A stretch of DNA of 64,000 nt from Octopus vulgaris (GCA_951406725.2 OX597818.1:142538001-142602000), one strand, 5' to 3'. Shown: positions 24,940 to 39,680, numbered from the stretch's first letter. Notes: a model not told the origin generated them from the sequence alone. Numbers and translations: made by a program.

Positions 24940-25457
24940 AGTTCTTAAACAAGAATGTTGTTGACAGTGACTTCAAAGTTTCAGCCAGTTGAACCACTGT
25001 TGGATACATACCTACATACAACGGGCTTCTTTCAGTTTCACTTACAAGGTTATATTCAGCCCAGGGCTATAGTAGAAGAAACTTGTCCAAGGTGCCCCAC
25101 AGTGGGACTGAACCTGAAATCATGTGGTTGGGAAGTATACTTCATCACACAGCCATGCCTACACCTGACATACAAACACATTTGTCTTTATTATTTTAAT
25201 TTAATTTTTATATACATTTTGTCTCTTTATATCCCTCTCACGTCAGTTAAAATAAAGTAACAATCAAGTACAGGGGCTGACATTAGCTAACCCCTTTCTC
25301 TCAGAACTGCTGGCCTGGTTCCTAAATTATAAACCAACATTTTAATCTAATTCATAAGTTTACTGCGTATTTGTGAATGTGTGTTGGTGAAGCTTGTTTA
25401 TATTCATAAATTATGAAACTATGAGCATCCCATAGAATCAGGAATGAATTGGTAGCA

Positions 25458-25920
25458 TCTACCATCATCATTATTTAACATCCGTCGTTCATGCTGGCAT
25501 GGGTTGGAATGTTTAACCACAGCTGGTAAGTTAGGGGGCTGCACCACACTCCAGTCTGATTTGGTATGGTTTCTATGGCTGGATGCCCTTTCCTAACACC
25601 AACCACTCTGAGAATGTAATGGGTGCTTTTACATGCTACCAGCACAGGTGCCAGTTGTGTGACACCAATATCTGCCACAACTATGATTTCACTTGGCTTG
25701 ATGGGTCTTCTACTCAAGAACAGCATATTGCCAAAGGTCTCAGTCATTTTTCATTGCATCCGCGAAGGCGCAATGCTGAAAAGGTACTTTTTACATGACA
25801 CCAGCATGGGTACTAGTTACATAACACTGGTACCGGCCACATTGCCTCTGTGAGACCCAACACTCAAAAGGTGCTTTTTATGTGCCAATTATATGACACT
25901 GGCATCAAGCATGGCTATCA
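25458..25920 (-). mobile_element. RTE 3'-UTR fragment (old)
   Basis: (CAT)n followed by GCTGGATGCCCTT..CTAACACCAACCAC. Colinear with 50945-51365. Confidence 0.7.
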
Positions 25921-25952
25921 TGCTTCCATTAATTTGGTTAGGTGCCTATGTA

Positions 25953-26249
25953 CAAGGTGTTCAGGAAAATTAGACAGTTTGCATAACAGGAAAAGCAAAC
26001 ATAATATTCCATCCAAAAATAAAAGTATTTTTAAAAAATCAAAAATACATCAACTAGGTTATAGCTGGGAAATAAGTTTACTCCAAGTAGCCACTTTAGC
26101 TTCCACCATGGCCTCAAGACAGCTCCAGAATTGAGTACATGCATTCCTCACTGTGTCCCTGGGAAGATCCTTGAACATCCAGATTACAAGTGAAACTTTA
26201 TACTCAGATTCTACCATCAGGGATCTTACTGTACAATGAATGAATGAAA

Positions 26250-26281
<32 letters not shown>

Positions 26282-26924
26282 ATGCATGTATATATGTATG
26301 TGTGTGTATGTTTGGACACATACATGTGTGTCTGTGTCAATCTTAGCTGTAATAAAATACTAGTTCTTTCCCTCAATAATCAGATCAGGAGATCCAATGT
26401 AGAAAACATCAGGAAGAATTCTGTAAGTAAAAATCTTCTGAAATTGTTCGAATCATTGCTGGATAAATATACAGAAACATCAAACAGGTTGTAAATCTTA
26501 CCCAACAGCTACCAGCTCCTGTTATAATTACAGATCTCTTCTGCTGGTTAATTTCTATTTGATAGTCTGTAATCAAATTTTGCACATCAAAAAGTGTTAA
26601 GATATGCAGTTGTGAATCAAATTTATCAAACCATTGTCTAATCTGTTATTTAGGTGATAGACTATTAGTCTGTTACTTGGTTCAACACCACCACCTGTCC
26701 CTTGGGTGCCGTTAGCAATGTCTATTCTTTTACAAGCATTCAGGTCAGGACTTCCATCTGAGAATGACCACCCATTATGTTGTTAAATGGAAGTAAACAT
26801 TAAAGGATAGAGAAGCTTAAGTAATTGCATATGTCAAAAAGGCATAAGCCACAGATGTGTGTGTGTGTGTGTGTGTAAATATGTGTGTGTGTGTGTGTGT
26901 AAATATGTGTGTGTGTGTGTGTAA

Positions 26925-26968
<44 letters not shown>

Positions 26969-26976
26969 ATGTGTGT

Positions 26977-27009
<33 letters not shown>

Positions 27010-28432
27010 AGAGGTTTTTGTGGTCTTTTGTATGAATTTAGTAAAAGACGCATAGCTCATCAAAGAAAAATTGAATTTGGAACAAAATTGGTACAAATAA
27101 TCGTCAGAATTCTATTATCCCACTTATTCATTGAATGCACCATTAGCATCAATGGCTGGTTCAATATGGGGTTGGAAGTGTTGATATGCCTGAATCAGAT
27201 GATCATTATCAATTTTGGACAGTGCTGATTGTGGCAGACTTGGGAAATTGTATGGTGTTATGGAGGTGTTCATTGACTTCTCTCTCAACTATACCCCACA
27301 CATAATAGTCCAGCAAATTGAGTTCTGGTGAGCTAGGAGGTCGTGTGTCTGGTAGAACATGATAATAGAGATTGGCACACATCCACACTTGTGTTATGAG
27401 ATGGCATAGAGTCTTGTTGAAAGATATACAGTCTTCTGTCGTGTACTCTGTTTAGCCAGAGCCTCACAAATTTCTCCAACACCTTTGTTTAGATAATGGC
27501 CAAAAGTATTCTGCCTGTTTTATGTTCAAACTGGCCAGATCTGGTCTCTCACACCAACCCTACAATATCGTTTTAAAAATTAACAGCTACCTCATCAAAA
27601 TCTCATAGCTACAAGATAATGCATGATTAATTCAAAACAATGTGGATAAAAAAGGATTAATTTTGGCAGAATAAGGTGAACACTAAAGGGTTAAGCTTTG
27701 TAAAAAAAAAACAGAGGAGAGATAGCACCTCCACCATGGCTGATGACTCCCAGAACCATCACAGTTGCTGGGAACTTAGTATGCATAACCTTTGAAACTT
27801 CATTCAGGTTTTTGCATAACCATCTCTCATTCCTTCAGTTTACCTTTTGGCTGGTCCTGATTGAAGTTTTTCTCATCGGAGAAAAATCAAAGCATTCCAG
27901 CCTCTTGGTGTTTTAACCTGTTTAGAAAGATTTTGCATGGCTTGAACAATTCTCTCATGTCACATTCAATATAAACTGACCCCTCCATATCACATACGAC
28001 TTGTACCAGATGTCCTTATGCACAATTCTGGTGGTGCATTCTGAACCCTTGAGGGTTTCCTTTGCAATGGCTCCGATTGACCTTCAAGATTATTTATTGA
28101 TTATTTCTTAGACTTTTTTTTAAAAAGTTATGTGTTCTGATGTTTTGGGACCTTGTGCATACGTTTTTGCTTTTAGCTGCTGACGTTGGATCCCTGTCAG
28201 CAGCTTGCAGCTCCCTTCACACTTTGACAACAAAGGATTGGGCAACTTCCAGGAAGCAAGCCATCTCTGTATCACTATGCTGTGTTTTTAAAAGCAATGA
28301 TTACAGCAGGCTTTTTCATTTGCTGAGTCAAACTGATGTCTGACATTATTTTTATCTGAAAAATAAGGTAAAAAAATAAGTTAGAAGAAAGAGATCTTGA
28401 AAGGGGTGTTCTCAAGAAACTGACACACCCTG
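25953..28432 (-). mobile_element. Decayed Tc1/mariner maT-type transposon, interrupted by later insertions
   Basis: Minus translations in correct order: FFSDEKNFNQDQ...MHTKFPATVMVLGVIS (~27720-27900), YIFQQDSMPSH...PPSSPELNLLDYYVWGIVERE (~27270-27430), FKDLPRDTVRNACTQFWSCLEAMVEA (~26080-26180). Termini TA|CAAGGTGT and ACACCCTG|TA. Confidence 0.85.
27505..27694. mobile_element. TTAA MITE family 2 (partial), nested in the maT element
   Basis: Ends CTAAAGGG|TTAA. Homologous to 36489-36722 and, inverted, to 56490-56712. Confidence 0.7.
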
Positions 28433-29248
28433 TATAGTATACCAGTTGTTCAGTGATAGAATGCTCACCGGTTATGCTGGCAGTCTAAGTTCAATTCCTT
28501 GTTGATGCAATTTAATTTTTGTCTTACCCCACTCACACCAGAATAGAAAGAGGATGTTAAATTATGATGAAGATGATGATGATGTGTGTGTGTGTGTGTG
28601 AATACATCTATGCAAATATGTATGCATGTGCACAGACGCATATTCCTAAGCATGTGTGCATATGAAAAACTGGATACAGAGGCTTATCAAAGAAAGTGTG
28701 AATGTAAAGAGATTTACTAAGAGATAAGAAATCAATAAAGAAAGGGCAAACGGACAGACAGACAGACAAGCATATGGAACAACTAGATAGATAAATCATT
28801 TTATATATCAATGTTATAGCTGTTTAACCCTAAGTCGGTCATGACAGGCCAGATCTAAGATGAAAACCATTACAGCTGTGACTATTATCTTTTTTTTCAA
28901 ATAGTGTATCCATGACTACATTGTTCAATGATTTTTTCCTATTTAAGATGGTAGCATGTGATGTGAGGGAGATTTGGCAACTATTTCTTGAAGGTTTAGG
29001 GACCATCTAGAGGTTTTGTTGGTGGCTTTTATGAGTGTAATTATTTCATAGGTTAATTGACTCTAAAATAATCTCATTATTACTTTTCAAGTTCTCTAGA
29101 GGTAAGTCAACAAGTTTTTATGCAGGCAGGTGGAAAGATGAGAGTGAAAATGTGTTGGAAACGGCAATATGAAAGAAAAAAAACAAGGAAAGACTGAGGG
29201 AAACAGGGGCAAAAAGAAAAATAGGGAAGAAAAAAGAATAGGAGGGAG

Positions 29249-29368
29249 GAAGAAGAAGAAGAAAGAAGAGGAGGAGGAGGAGGAGGAGGAGGAGAAGAAG
29301 AAGAAGAAGAAGAAGAAGAAGAAGAAGAAGAAGAAGAAGAAGAAGAAGAAAAAGAAGAAGAAGAAGAA
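29249..29368. repeat. (GAA)n/(GAG)n microsatellite
   Basis: Direct reading. Confidence 0.95.
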
Positions 29369-29902
29369 AATGATGTTGAAAAAGTGACACACAGACTGAC
29401 ATGAAAGGGAAAGAGAAAGTAACAGAAATAATTCCTTAAGGATAGAAAAGGGGAGAAGTCAAGAGAACAGGTGTGTGTGTGTGTGCGTGAGTGCGTGTGT
29501 GTGTGTGTAGGAGTGTGCGTGTGTCTGTGTGCATGTGTGTACATGCCTCTACATACATGTGTGTAGAAGCATGTGTTGTATACATGTGTGTGTGTGTGTG
29601 TGTGTGCTTGTGTAAACATGAGCATGTGTACACATGCATATGCATGCATGTTTGATATGCATGCGTAAAGTTGTCTGTGCATGCCAATGCATGTGCATAT
29701 TCGTGCATGCATGTGTGTATGCATGTGTGTATGAGCAAGTGCAAGACCATGTGTGTGTGTGTGTGTGTTTGTGTGTAAGAGAGAGGGAAAGTGTGTCAAA
29801 ATGTGAAATAAAGGGGAAAGTAGCAGAGAAAAGATGAGCAGGGAGGAAAAAAAGAGGGAGAAAGTGATTGGAAGACAGCTAGCAAGAAATAGATAGATAG
29901 AT

Positions 29903-29951
<49 letters not shown>

Positions 29952-30310
29952 CAGAGAGAGACAGAGAGACAGAGGGAGAGACAGAGGGAGAGACAGAGGG
30001 AGAGGGAGAGAGAGAACAGTGAGGGTAGTGGAATCAGGAAAGAGACTGGTGGTGGTAGCAGTGAGAGAAATACCAAGAATACTTGTAGCATGATCTGTCA
30101 TGGTTGATCACACTTCCCCCGCCCCCGGTGGTGGTGGCGGTGGTGGTGGTGGCAAATGGTGATGGTTCTTGTTCATCCATGACTCACCAGCATGACTCCA
30201 GGAGACAAGAATGGTTAAAACAGGAATTTCATGTCTTTTGTATGAAGCAGCTGAGGAATTCTGGTGATAGTTTATTGAGTCCTGGTCTCATGTACCTATA
30301 AACTTTCAGA

Positions 30311-31300
<990 letters not shown>

Positions 31301-31587
31301 ATGTTATATATTTGATGTATTTCTTATAGTTCACATATTGCAGTCAGACCTTCATTACATTAAGGGTTATGAAAATGGGGCCTTGTGAAATAAATGTGTT
31401 GGGTTTAAGCACACATGAAGACAAACACACACACACACACACAAACAGATGCAGACACATATACACATGAAGACATACAGATAAATACACATGCATATAG
31501 ACACATATACAGAAATGCATATACATCTATATACACATACATACATATTCTTTCAATCACCTAAATGAATACATACATAGAGAGAGA

Positions 31588-31741
31588 GATGGCTATGTGG
31601 TAAGAAGCTTGCTTTCTAACCGTAGGGTTCTGGCTTCAGTCCCACTGCATGGCACCTTGGGCAAGTATCTTCTTCTATAACCTCAGACTGACCAAAGCCT
31701 TGTGAGTGGATGTGGTAGACAAAAACTGGAAGAAACCTGTC

Positions 31742-31777
<36 letters not shown>

Positions 31778-31785
31778 ATATATAT
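31588..31785 (+). mobile_element. SINE family B 5' half ending in (TA)n
   Basis: ATGGCTATGTGGTAAG...GGCACCTTGGGCAAG...GAAACCTGTC then (TA)n. Confidence 0.8.
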
Positions 31786-32084
31786 GTGGAGGCGCAATGG
31801 CCTAGTGGTTCGGGCAGCGGACTCGCGGTCGTAGGATCACGGTTTCGATTCCCAGACCGGGCGTTGTGAGTGTTTATTGAGCGAAAACACGTAAAAAAGC
31901 TCTACGAGGCTCCTGCAGGGGGTGGTGATCCCTGCTGTACTCTTTCACCACTCTTTCTCTCTCTCTTTCTTCTGTTGGCCTGCTCGCTTAGCCAGCGGGG
32001 TGGCATCATTCGAAGGCTAAAACAATGCGAACGCATTGTGACCAGCGATGTGTAAAACATCTGATGGTCTGGTCGGTCACGTGA
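31786..32084 (+). mobile_element. SINE with family-A head and an alternative 3' tail
   Basis: Family-A sequence up to CTCTTTCACCAC, then a tail GGCCTGCTCGCTTAGCCAGCGGGGTGGCATCATT...CACGTGA also found, inverted, at 53418-53540. Confidence 0.85.
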
Positions 32085-32344
32085 TATACACATATATATA
32101 CCATAATACATAGGGTAATAATAAATTACTATTACCAGTGGCCTAGCACAAAAAACGAATTAGTCATTAGACTATATATTATTCATATAGAAATACAATA
32201 AGAGGCTTCCAAATTTCAGATATTAAAGGTACTGGGCTTTCAACTTCAAGTATAATTCTCATTTAAGCAACAAATCTCGTTATAAATTGCATGAATTTGG
32301 ATCAATTTGTAAGTGAAAAACATTGGTAAAATATTTCATCAGAA

Positions 32345-32462
32345 ATTGTCTTCCCAACCAGAATCTAAAAGATATTTTTTGATATTTTAAAATACTTTTG
32401 GATGGAATGTTGTGCTTTGTTTTCCTTTTATTCAAACTGCCGAATTTAGCCCAAACACTGTA
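32345..32462 (+). mobile_element. Terminal fragment of the maT family at 25953
   Basis: Resembles the reverse complement of 25953-26050 and ends CACTG|TA. Confidence 0.55.
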
Positions 32463-32807
32463 TAATTTGATCAGTAGGGGGTACGTATGACTGTGTAGTC
32501 TATGGTTTGATCCTATAAAACAAGAGTCTTCTGCCATGACTTCAAGTTGAAAAAAAATGTCTTGAAAGAGAAATTTGGCAAAGAGCAACTATGTGAAAAC
32601 TTGAAGGATGGATGGTCATATCTGTTCTTCAGTAGTAGACTATATTTGTTGCCAGATTTAACACTAAACACTAGGTCCTTGGTTACCTATACTAGTGTCG
32701 GCTCTGTTGCAAGTATCTAAGCCAAATTTCCAGTCTTAGGATAACTTCCACTATCCACCTACCTGTATCAGAGACCCTAAAAAGAATCATTATCCCTATA
32801 CTCTCTC

Positions 32808-33173
32808 TCTTTTACTTGTTTCAGTCATTTGGCTGCGGCCATGCTGGAGCACTGCCTTTAGTCGAGCAAATCGACCCCGGGACTTATTCTTTGTAAGCCC
32901 CGGTCTCTTTTTGCTGAACCGCTAAGTGACGGAGACGTAAACACACCAGCACCAGGGACAAACACAGGCACACAAACACACACACATATATATATATATA
33001 TACATATACACGACAGGCTTCTTTCAGTTTCCGCCTACCAAATCCACTCACAAGGCATTGGTCGGCCCGGGGCTATAGCAGAAAACACTTGCCCAAGATG
33101 CCACACAGTGGGACTGAACCCGGAACCATGTGGTTGGTTAGCAAGCTACTTACCACACAGCCACTCCTGCGCC
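32808..33173 (-). mobile_element. SINE family B with internal deletions
   Basis: TTTTACTTGTTTCAGTC...CACAGCCACTCCTGCGCC. Confidence 0.9.
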
Positions 33174-33282
33174 TATCTTTTCTTCTCTGATTAAACCTTT
33201 CAAAAATTTTCCTTTTTATACTTCAGATTCAAAGTTAATCACCAACGGAACAGACTGAAGCAACCAAATAACAAACAGGAGA

Positions 33283-33372
33283 GTAAATAAATAATTATAA
33301 ATAAATAAATAAATAAATAATAAATAAATAAATGAAAAAAAGGTAAATAATTAGAAGAAATAATATAAATAA

Positions 33373-33415
<43 letters not shown>

Positions 33416-33432
33416 ATAGATAAATAAATAAA
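33283..33432. repeat. (TAAA)n-rich repeat
   Basis: Direct reading. Confidence 0.9.
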
Positions 33433-34500
33433 AAGGAAGATTAAGATAACAAGCAAATAATCAAAAACAGTCACAAAATGCAAGATAAGTTAATATAATT
33501 TAATCAGACACTGAACAGAAAGTTTATTTTAACTGGTACATTCTTTGAGGATACTCAGAGACTGTCCAAACATCTATCTTATGTTTTTCCGCCTACGTTA
33601 CTGTTGTTCGTATGATACTAATCAATAATTATAATATAAAAGAAGAAAAAAAAAGGATTAAAAAAAAGGATAAAAAAAAAGGAAAAAAAAAACTGTTCAT
33701 TTGAAAATTTCACTATAAAATTTCATATCATAGTCCTACCACAGTAACTGGAACGCTATAATGTTGGAAAGAGATAACTAACTGAATTTTGGCAGCTATA
33801 TTAGAAAGCTCCATTAATCCCGACAAGACCAGATAAAAAAGAATCTTAGTAGCATCTTTAGTATTTTAGCTGCAATATCTTCCTTGGTCCCCACTCCTCA
33901 TCGGTTAGGATAGTACTTCATTTCTGAAGAGTGTATGATAAGTGCTGTGTTTACAGGAATGCGTGCAAGAAAATGTATAAAGGTGTGTAGGACCATACAT
34001 ACACATGTATATATGTATATATTTGTAGGCGTGTGTGTGTGTGTGTATGTACATATATACACAATTATACATGTATACAAGATAGATGTGTATGTGTATA
34101 TATTTATATGTATATATATAAAAATTTATATAAGATAAGTGTGTGTCTGTGTGTGTGTATATATATATATATAAAAGCATATATATATATATATACAAGT
34201 ATACAAGATAGGTGTGTATGTGTGTGTATATATTTACATATACATGCACACACATATATATATGCACACATACATATATTTACTTACATACACACACATG
34301 CATATATAATACACAAATGTATACTCACAAGATACTCACACACACATGCACACACACATATATACACATATATGGATGTTACATATATATATATATATAC
34401 ATGCATACACACACACACATATATATACACATATATACACACACATATATATACACATGCACACACACACACATATATACACACACACACACACACACAT

Positions 34501-34534
<34 letters not shown>

Positions 34535-35395
34535 TTAACAAAATATGTACGTGAATTTATGAGTGTAAATATGTATAAGCTTGTCCATATATGATGCTTT
34601 GAAGTAAGTATGGCCTAATCCTCTACCAGCTGGAACCTGTATAAGTGTACGAGATCAGCATGCATGTGTCATATGACTACATACATATATGCATACATAT
34701 ATACACACACGTGCCCATACATACATAGAATTAGCTTACATTTCTATGTCTGTCTACATGCATCTGCTATACAGATTTCATTTCTGAGTCATTTCACCTA
34801 ACCTAGTGTTCTGTCCTACTGTACTCTGCCTGGTAAGCTCACTTAGCCATGACACACTACATAAAAATTAGCTTACTGACCCAAAATTGGTTCCAGGACA
34901 ATTTCACAACATCAAAGGTAACACACACACACACACTAACATGTTTGTGTGTGTGAGTATGTGAGTGTATGGGTGTATGCTTGTGGCTGTGGTTAAGGAG
35001 TTCGTTTTGCAACTACATGGGTTTTGAGTTCAGTTCCAGTATGCAACATGCTGGCAAATGTCTTCTGCTGTATATGCAGATTTGACAAAAAAAACCTTGG
35101 AAGCTAGAAACAGAAAACAAGCAGTGTGTGTGTGTGTTGTAGGGAGTGGAGTGATATCACATGCTACATGTGAAAAGAAACAAAGCCTCACAATCATACA
35201 TGCAGTGTCACTCATTTGCAATTTCCCATGAAATCATGTCTGGCAAAGTGCTGGTTATGTTCGAAGGACTAGGGGTAACCTCCTGCTTGGAAACAGATAT
35301 GCGTTAGCAACAGGAACAGCATCCAGCCATAGAAAATCTCCCCCAACGAATTCCATTTAACTCATGCAAACATGGAAAAGATGACATTAAAGTGG

Positions 35396-35426
<31 letters not shown>

Positions 35427-35601
35427 AATCTCACACAAACATACACCATACATATTTCAACTTTAGAAAAGATACACTGCATCCCTTGCTTGTCATAAGA
35501 GTTGGCTAAAAGGGTTGGTGACAGGAAAGGCAACTGTTTGTAAAATAATAGCTCGAAAATCTGGTTGCTTTCTTATGCATACTAGCACGAGAAAGCAAAG
35601 A

Positions 35602-36044
35602 GATGATGATGACGACAATGACCATGATGACGATGACGATGATGATGATGATGATGACAATGACCATGATGATGATGACAATGACCATGATGACGATGAC
35701 AACAACGATGATGATGATGATGATGATGGTGGTGATGACAATGACCATGATGACGATGACAACAACGATGATGATGATGATGATGGTGGTGATGACAATG
35801 ACCATGATGACGATGACAACAATGATGATGATGACAATAACCATAATGACGATGACAATGACCATGATGATGATGATGACAATGACCATGATGACGATGA
35901 CAACAACGATGAGGACGATGACAATGACCATGATGACGATGACGATGATGACGATGACAAGAACGACGACGACGATGATGGTGATGGTGGTGATGATGAT
36001 GATGGTGGTGGTGATGATGATGATGGTGGTGGTGATGATGATGA
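35602..36044. repeat. Cryptic (GAT)n-derived repeat with recurring GACAATGACCAT subunit
   Basis: GATGACAATGACCATGATGAC-like subunit recurs about seven times. Confidence 0.9.
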
Positions 36045-36127
36045 TACGCATTTTAATTTCTGAATGGTATCTGAGTCCCAACCAGATTGAACAAATGGAA
36101 ACTTTTTATCATGTCACAACACAGTTG

Positions 36128-36482
36128 CAGGCATGGTTGTGTGGTAAGAAACTTGCTTCCCAACCACATGGTTCTGGGTTCAGTCCCACTGCATGGCACC
36201 TTGGGCAAATGTCTTTTACTACAGCTTGGGGTCAACCAAAGCCTTCTGAGTGGATTTGGTAGACATAAACTGAAAAAAGTTGTGTGTGTGTGTGTGTGTG
36301 TGTGTGTGTCTGTGTTAGTCCTCAACCAGTGCTTGACAACTGGTGTTGCTGTGTTTGCATCTCCATAACTAAGCACTATGGCAAAAGAGATAGAATAAGT
36401 ACTATGCTTAAAAAAAATAATAAGTCCTGGGGTCAATTTGTTCAACTGAAATTCTTCAAAGCGATACTCAAGTATGGCCACA
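36128..36482 (+). mobile_element. SINE family B, diverged
   Basis: GGCATGGTTGTGTGGTAAG...GGCACCTTGGGCAA...GGGGTCAATTTG. Confidence 0.8.
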
Positions 36483-36488
36483 GTTTAA

Positions 36489-37859
36489 CACTTTAGCATT
36501 TAAACTGGCCTTATACAACCAGAATATTCTACCTGTTTTATGTTCAAACTGGCCAGATCTTGCCTCTCACACTAGCCCTATAATATCATTCTAAAAATTA
36601 ACAGTTACCTCATCAAAATCTCCATTATTATTATCATTCTAAAAATTAATAGTTACCTCAAAGCATAATTAATTCAAAACAATGTGAATAAGTATTCCTT
36701 TTGACAGAATAATGTGAATGCTGTACTTGATAAGACGTGTCAACCTAAGTAAAAATCACGGTTTTCCACACATACAGGCTTGTCCTTCAGGTGCCAGTGC
36801 CACTTGAAAAGCACCCATGCCAGTGCTGCATTCATGCACCCATGTATACATACCCAGGTCTTTCACCACATACTCGCACTCTTAAATCACACTCCCTTCA
36901 CAATATCCTGCCACTTATATTATGGCACTTGAACTTCAAGGGTATGCCCTGGCACTTGCCACCATCTATATCTTTCTCTTCCTTTACTCAACCATCCCAT
37001 TTATATTCTGATCTCCATTCCTTATAAGTATGCCCGACAGTTTGCCACCATCTCTATCCTGCTATCTCCTACTCTCTCTCCTTTTCCTGCACTTCCCTTA
37101 GGTTGGGTAACCGTGTATTTCCTTTGTAGTAACACACCTGTTTGTCTTAATTCCTGATCTTTCTCTCTCTGGCCAGGTAACCTTGTACTTCCTCTACAGC
37201 AAGACACCTGTATCTGTCACACTATAACCTTTCCATCATCCAACAAAAGATCACCTCTTCCAATGCCTCCTCCCTTCTTGAAAGTTTTTTTCTTTTTTTT
37301 GTCTTGCAAGTGGTGACCCTGTCAGTGCAGGTGCCACTTAAAAGCACCCAGTCCATACTGTAAAGTGGTTGGTATTCAGAAGGGCATCCAGCTGTAAAAA
37401 CCTTGCCAAAATGGATCTTACCTGTGCTTGTGCCACGTAAAAAGCACAACTCACCTCACCTGTGCTTGTACCACGAAAAAAGCACTAAGTCCACTCTGCT
37501 GAGTGGTTGGTGTTAGGAAGGGCATCCAGCTCTAAAAATCCTGCCAAAACCGTCACAGAAGTCTGGTGCAGGCTTTGGCTTGGCCAGCTCTTGCAAAACC
37601 ATCCCACCCATGCTAGTATGGAAGGTGGACGTTAAACAATGATGGTGCTACATAAATGCACCCATGCCAGTGGCACACAGAAAGCACCCAGTACACTCTG
37701 TTAAGTGATAGGGAGGGCATCCAGTCACAGAAACCATGCCACAACAGAAAATCTGGCTATCCTCCCTGATAGGCAGCTCTATGCCAAACCATCCAACCCA
37801 TGCCAGCATGGAAAGCAGATGCTAAACAATGATGATAATGATGACGATTACTAAAAGGG
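36489..37859. mobile_element. TTAA MITE family 2 interrupted by stacked RTE 3' fragments (~36723-37850)
   Basis: Left end TTAA|CACTTTAGCATTTA. The body stops at GAATGCT (36722). The right end CTAAAAGGG|TTAA resumes after the last (GAT)-like tail. At least three GGGCATCCAG tail modules lie inside. Confidence 0.7.
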
Positions 37860-38539
37860 TTAAAGACTGAAACATGTTAAAGGTAACATACATCATGACA
37901 TGGCACCCCCCACCATCAATCAAATGACTCACTCGGTGGATAAATGTATTGAGCAATCGAGTTCGTATTTCATCACAAATAGATCATAACCTCGGACAGG
38001 ACACGTATTTCTATTTGCTCCAACTTGGGGGAAAAAAAGAGAAAAATTAGGATTGGCAGAGTGAGCTTGCATGACTTTTGGAGGAAGAGCTCTAATTACT
38101 ATTAAGTATTAATGAGCCAAGTTCTGATTACCTACTTGTGTGATTATATATGCAGATATGTGTATGTGTACATGCATATCCACAATTACACACACACACA
38201 ATTGATAGGTTCTGTAATATCATTGTATTTCTGTTACTTAAATGTAAATTTAAACATCTAACCACTTGAAGACAGACACTACTCCATTAACCATTGCAAC
38301 CGACAATTCTTTCATATGAACCGTTTCAAAGTTAGCTATAGCTTTCTTCTCGATAAGAAAAGGCACCATCACACAGAAGCCAACAAAACACTGAAGCAGA
38401 AACATCAATGCATGCCTTTTCGACCAGTTATGCAAAGCTGAATAGATAATGTGTGATACTACAGCTACATCTTCAAATTAAGATAAAGTACATTTAAAGG
38501 ACACAGCTTCAACTATACTTCATCATTTAGCAATTTTTG

Positions 38540-38862
38540 TTTTGTTTCAGTCATTGGACTGTGCCCATGCTGGGGCCTGCCTTGAAGAATTTAGTTAAAT
38601 TGCCCCCAGTACTTACTTTTAAGTCTGGTACTTATTCTATTGGTCTCTTTTGCTGAACTGCTAAGTTACAGGGATGTAAACAAGCTAACACCATCAAGTG
38701 GTGGGTAAATACTGAGACACACATATGCATATATGCACACACACACGCACACACACACACACACACACACTTTACACACAAAATGAGCTTCCCTACAGTT
38801 TCTGTCAACCAAATTTCCTCAAGGCATAGCTCAGCTATGGGCTATAGTAGAAGACACTTGCA
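38540..38862 (-). mobile_element. SINE family B, old
   Basis: TGTTTCAGTCATTGGACTG...GCTATAGTAGAAGACACTTG. Confidence 0.7.
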
Positions 38863-39589
38863 CAATAATATTAAAAATTATTTTATTATAGTTTACAAAT
38901 AACACTATACTTATTTAAGTAGAATTTGGCTAATTTACTACATTAAATACAGAAAAAAGTGACTAATTAGACAAACTTACAAATTAGCTGAACAGTTTTG
39001 TACAATAAACTTAAAATATGGGAACTGTAAAGAGTGATAAATTAGAAGAACTGGCATTCTTTGCTGCAATATTTTAAGTAAAAAGTTTCTTATTCTTTAC
39101 TTTACTAGAAGCAATAGCTTGTCCTATACTTTTACAGGTGTAATAACTTGTCCTGTACTTTTCCAGGTTTATAATCTTAAGAATATTACTTTTCATGCTC
39201 GCATTTTTCCATGTAATAATGAATGTTGGTGCACATCATGAATGAGGTTTTATCTATTGTCGATTTTTACAGGTAAATAAATAAGGTGCAATATGACACA
39301 ACAAAGATTAAGTTATCTTACCTTTTGCATGCTTTTTATGTTTGAATATATTTTACGTGAAATGAGACTAAATATAGAGGACAGACATTGAGTTTACTTG
39401 TGAGTCATAGAAACTGAAATTACATAATTACAGGTAAGAAAAGAAAACTTAATTTGATACATTGGTGCAGGTGTGGCTGGGTGATTGTGAAGTTTGCTTC
39501 CCACCTATACGATTTTAGGTACAAAGTATCTTCTAAAATATCCTTGTGCCAACCAAAACTTTGTGAGTGAATCTTACAGATGGAAACAT

Positions 39590-39680
39590 GCCAGTGGTTC
39601 TTGAGATATGTTGTCCACGGACAAACAAACAAACATGACTGAAAACAATACCTCTGCCTTCACTAAGGTGGAGGTGATAA
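39590..39680 (+). mobile_element. Helentron/HINE-like 3' terminus
   Basis: (CAAA)n then hairpin ACCTCTGCCTT-CACT-AAGGTGGAGGT (39650-39675). Confidence 0.5.

Noticed and set aside
35515-36063. Asp-rich 182-aa ORF resembling an acidic biomineralisation protein
   Set aside because: It is a cryptic (GAT)n repeat open in several frames, with no signal peptide or convincing splice sites.
39322-39367. 46-nt minus-strand exon candidate with good AG/GT sites
   Set aside because: It has a stop codon in the phase required by the upstream 45780 exon.
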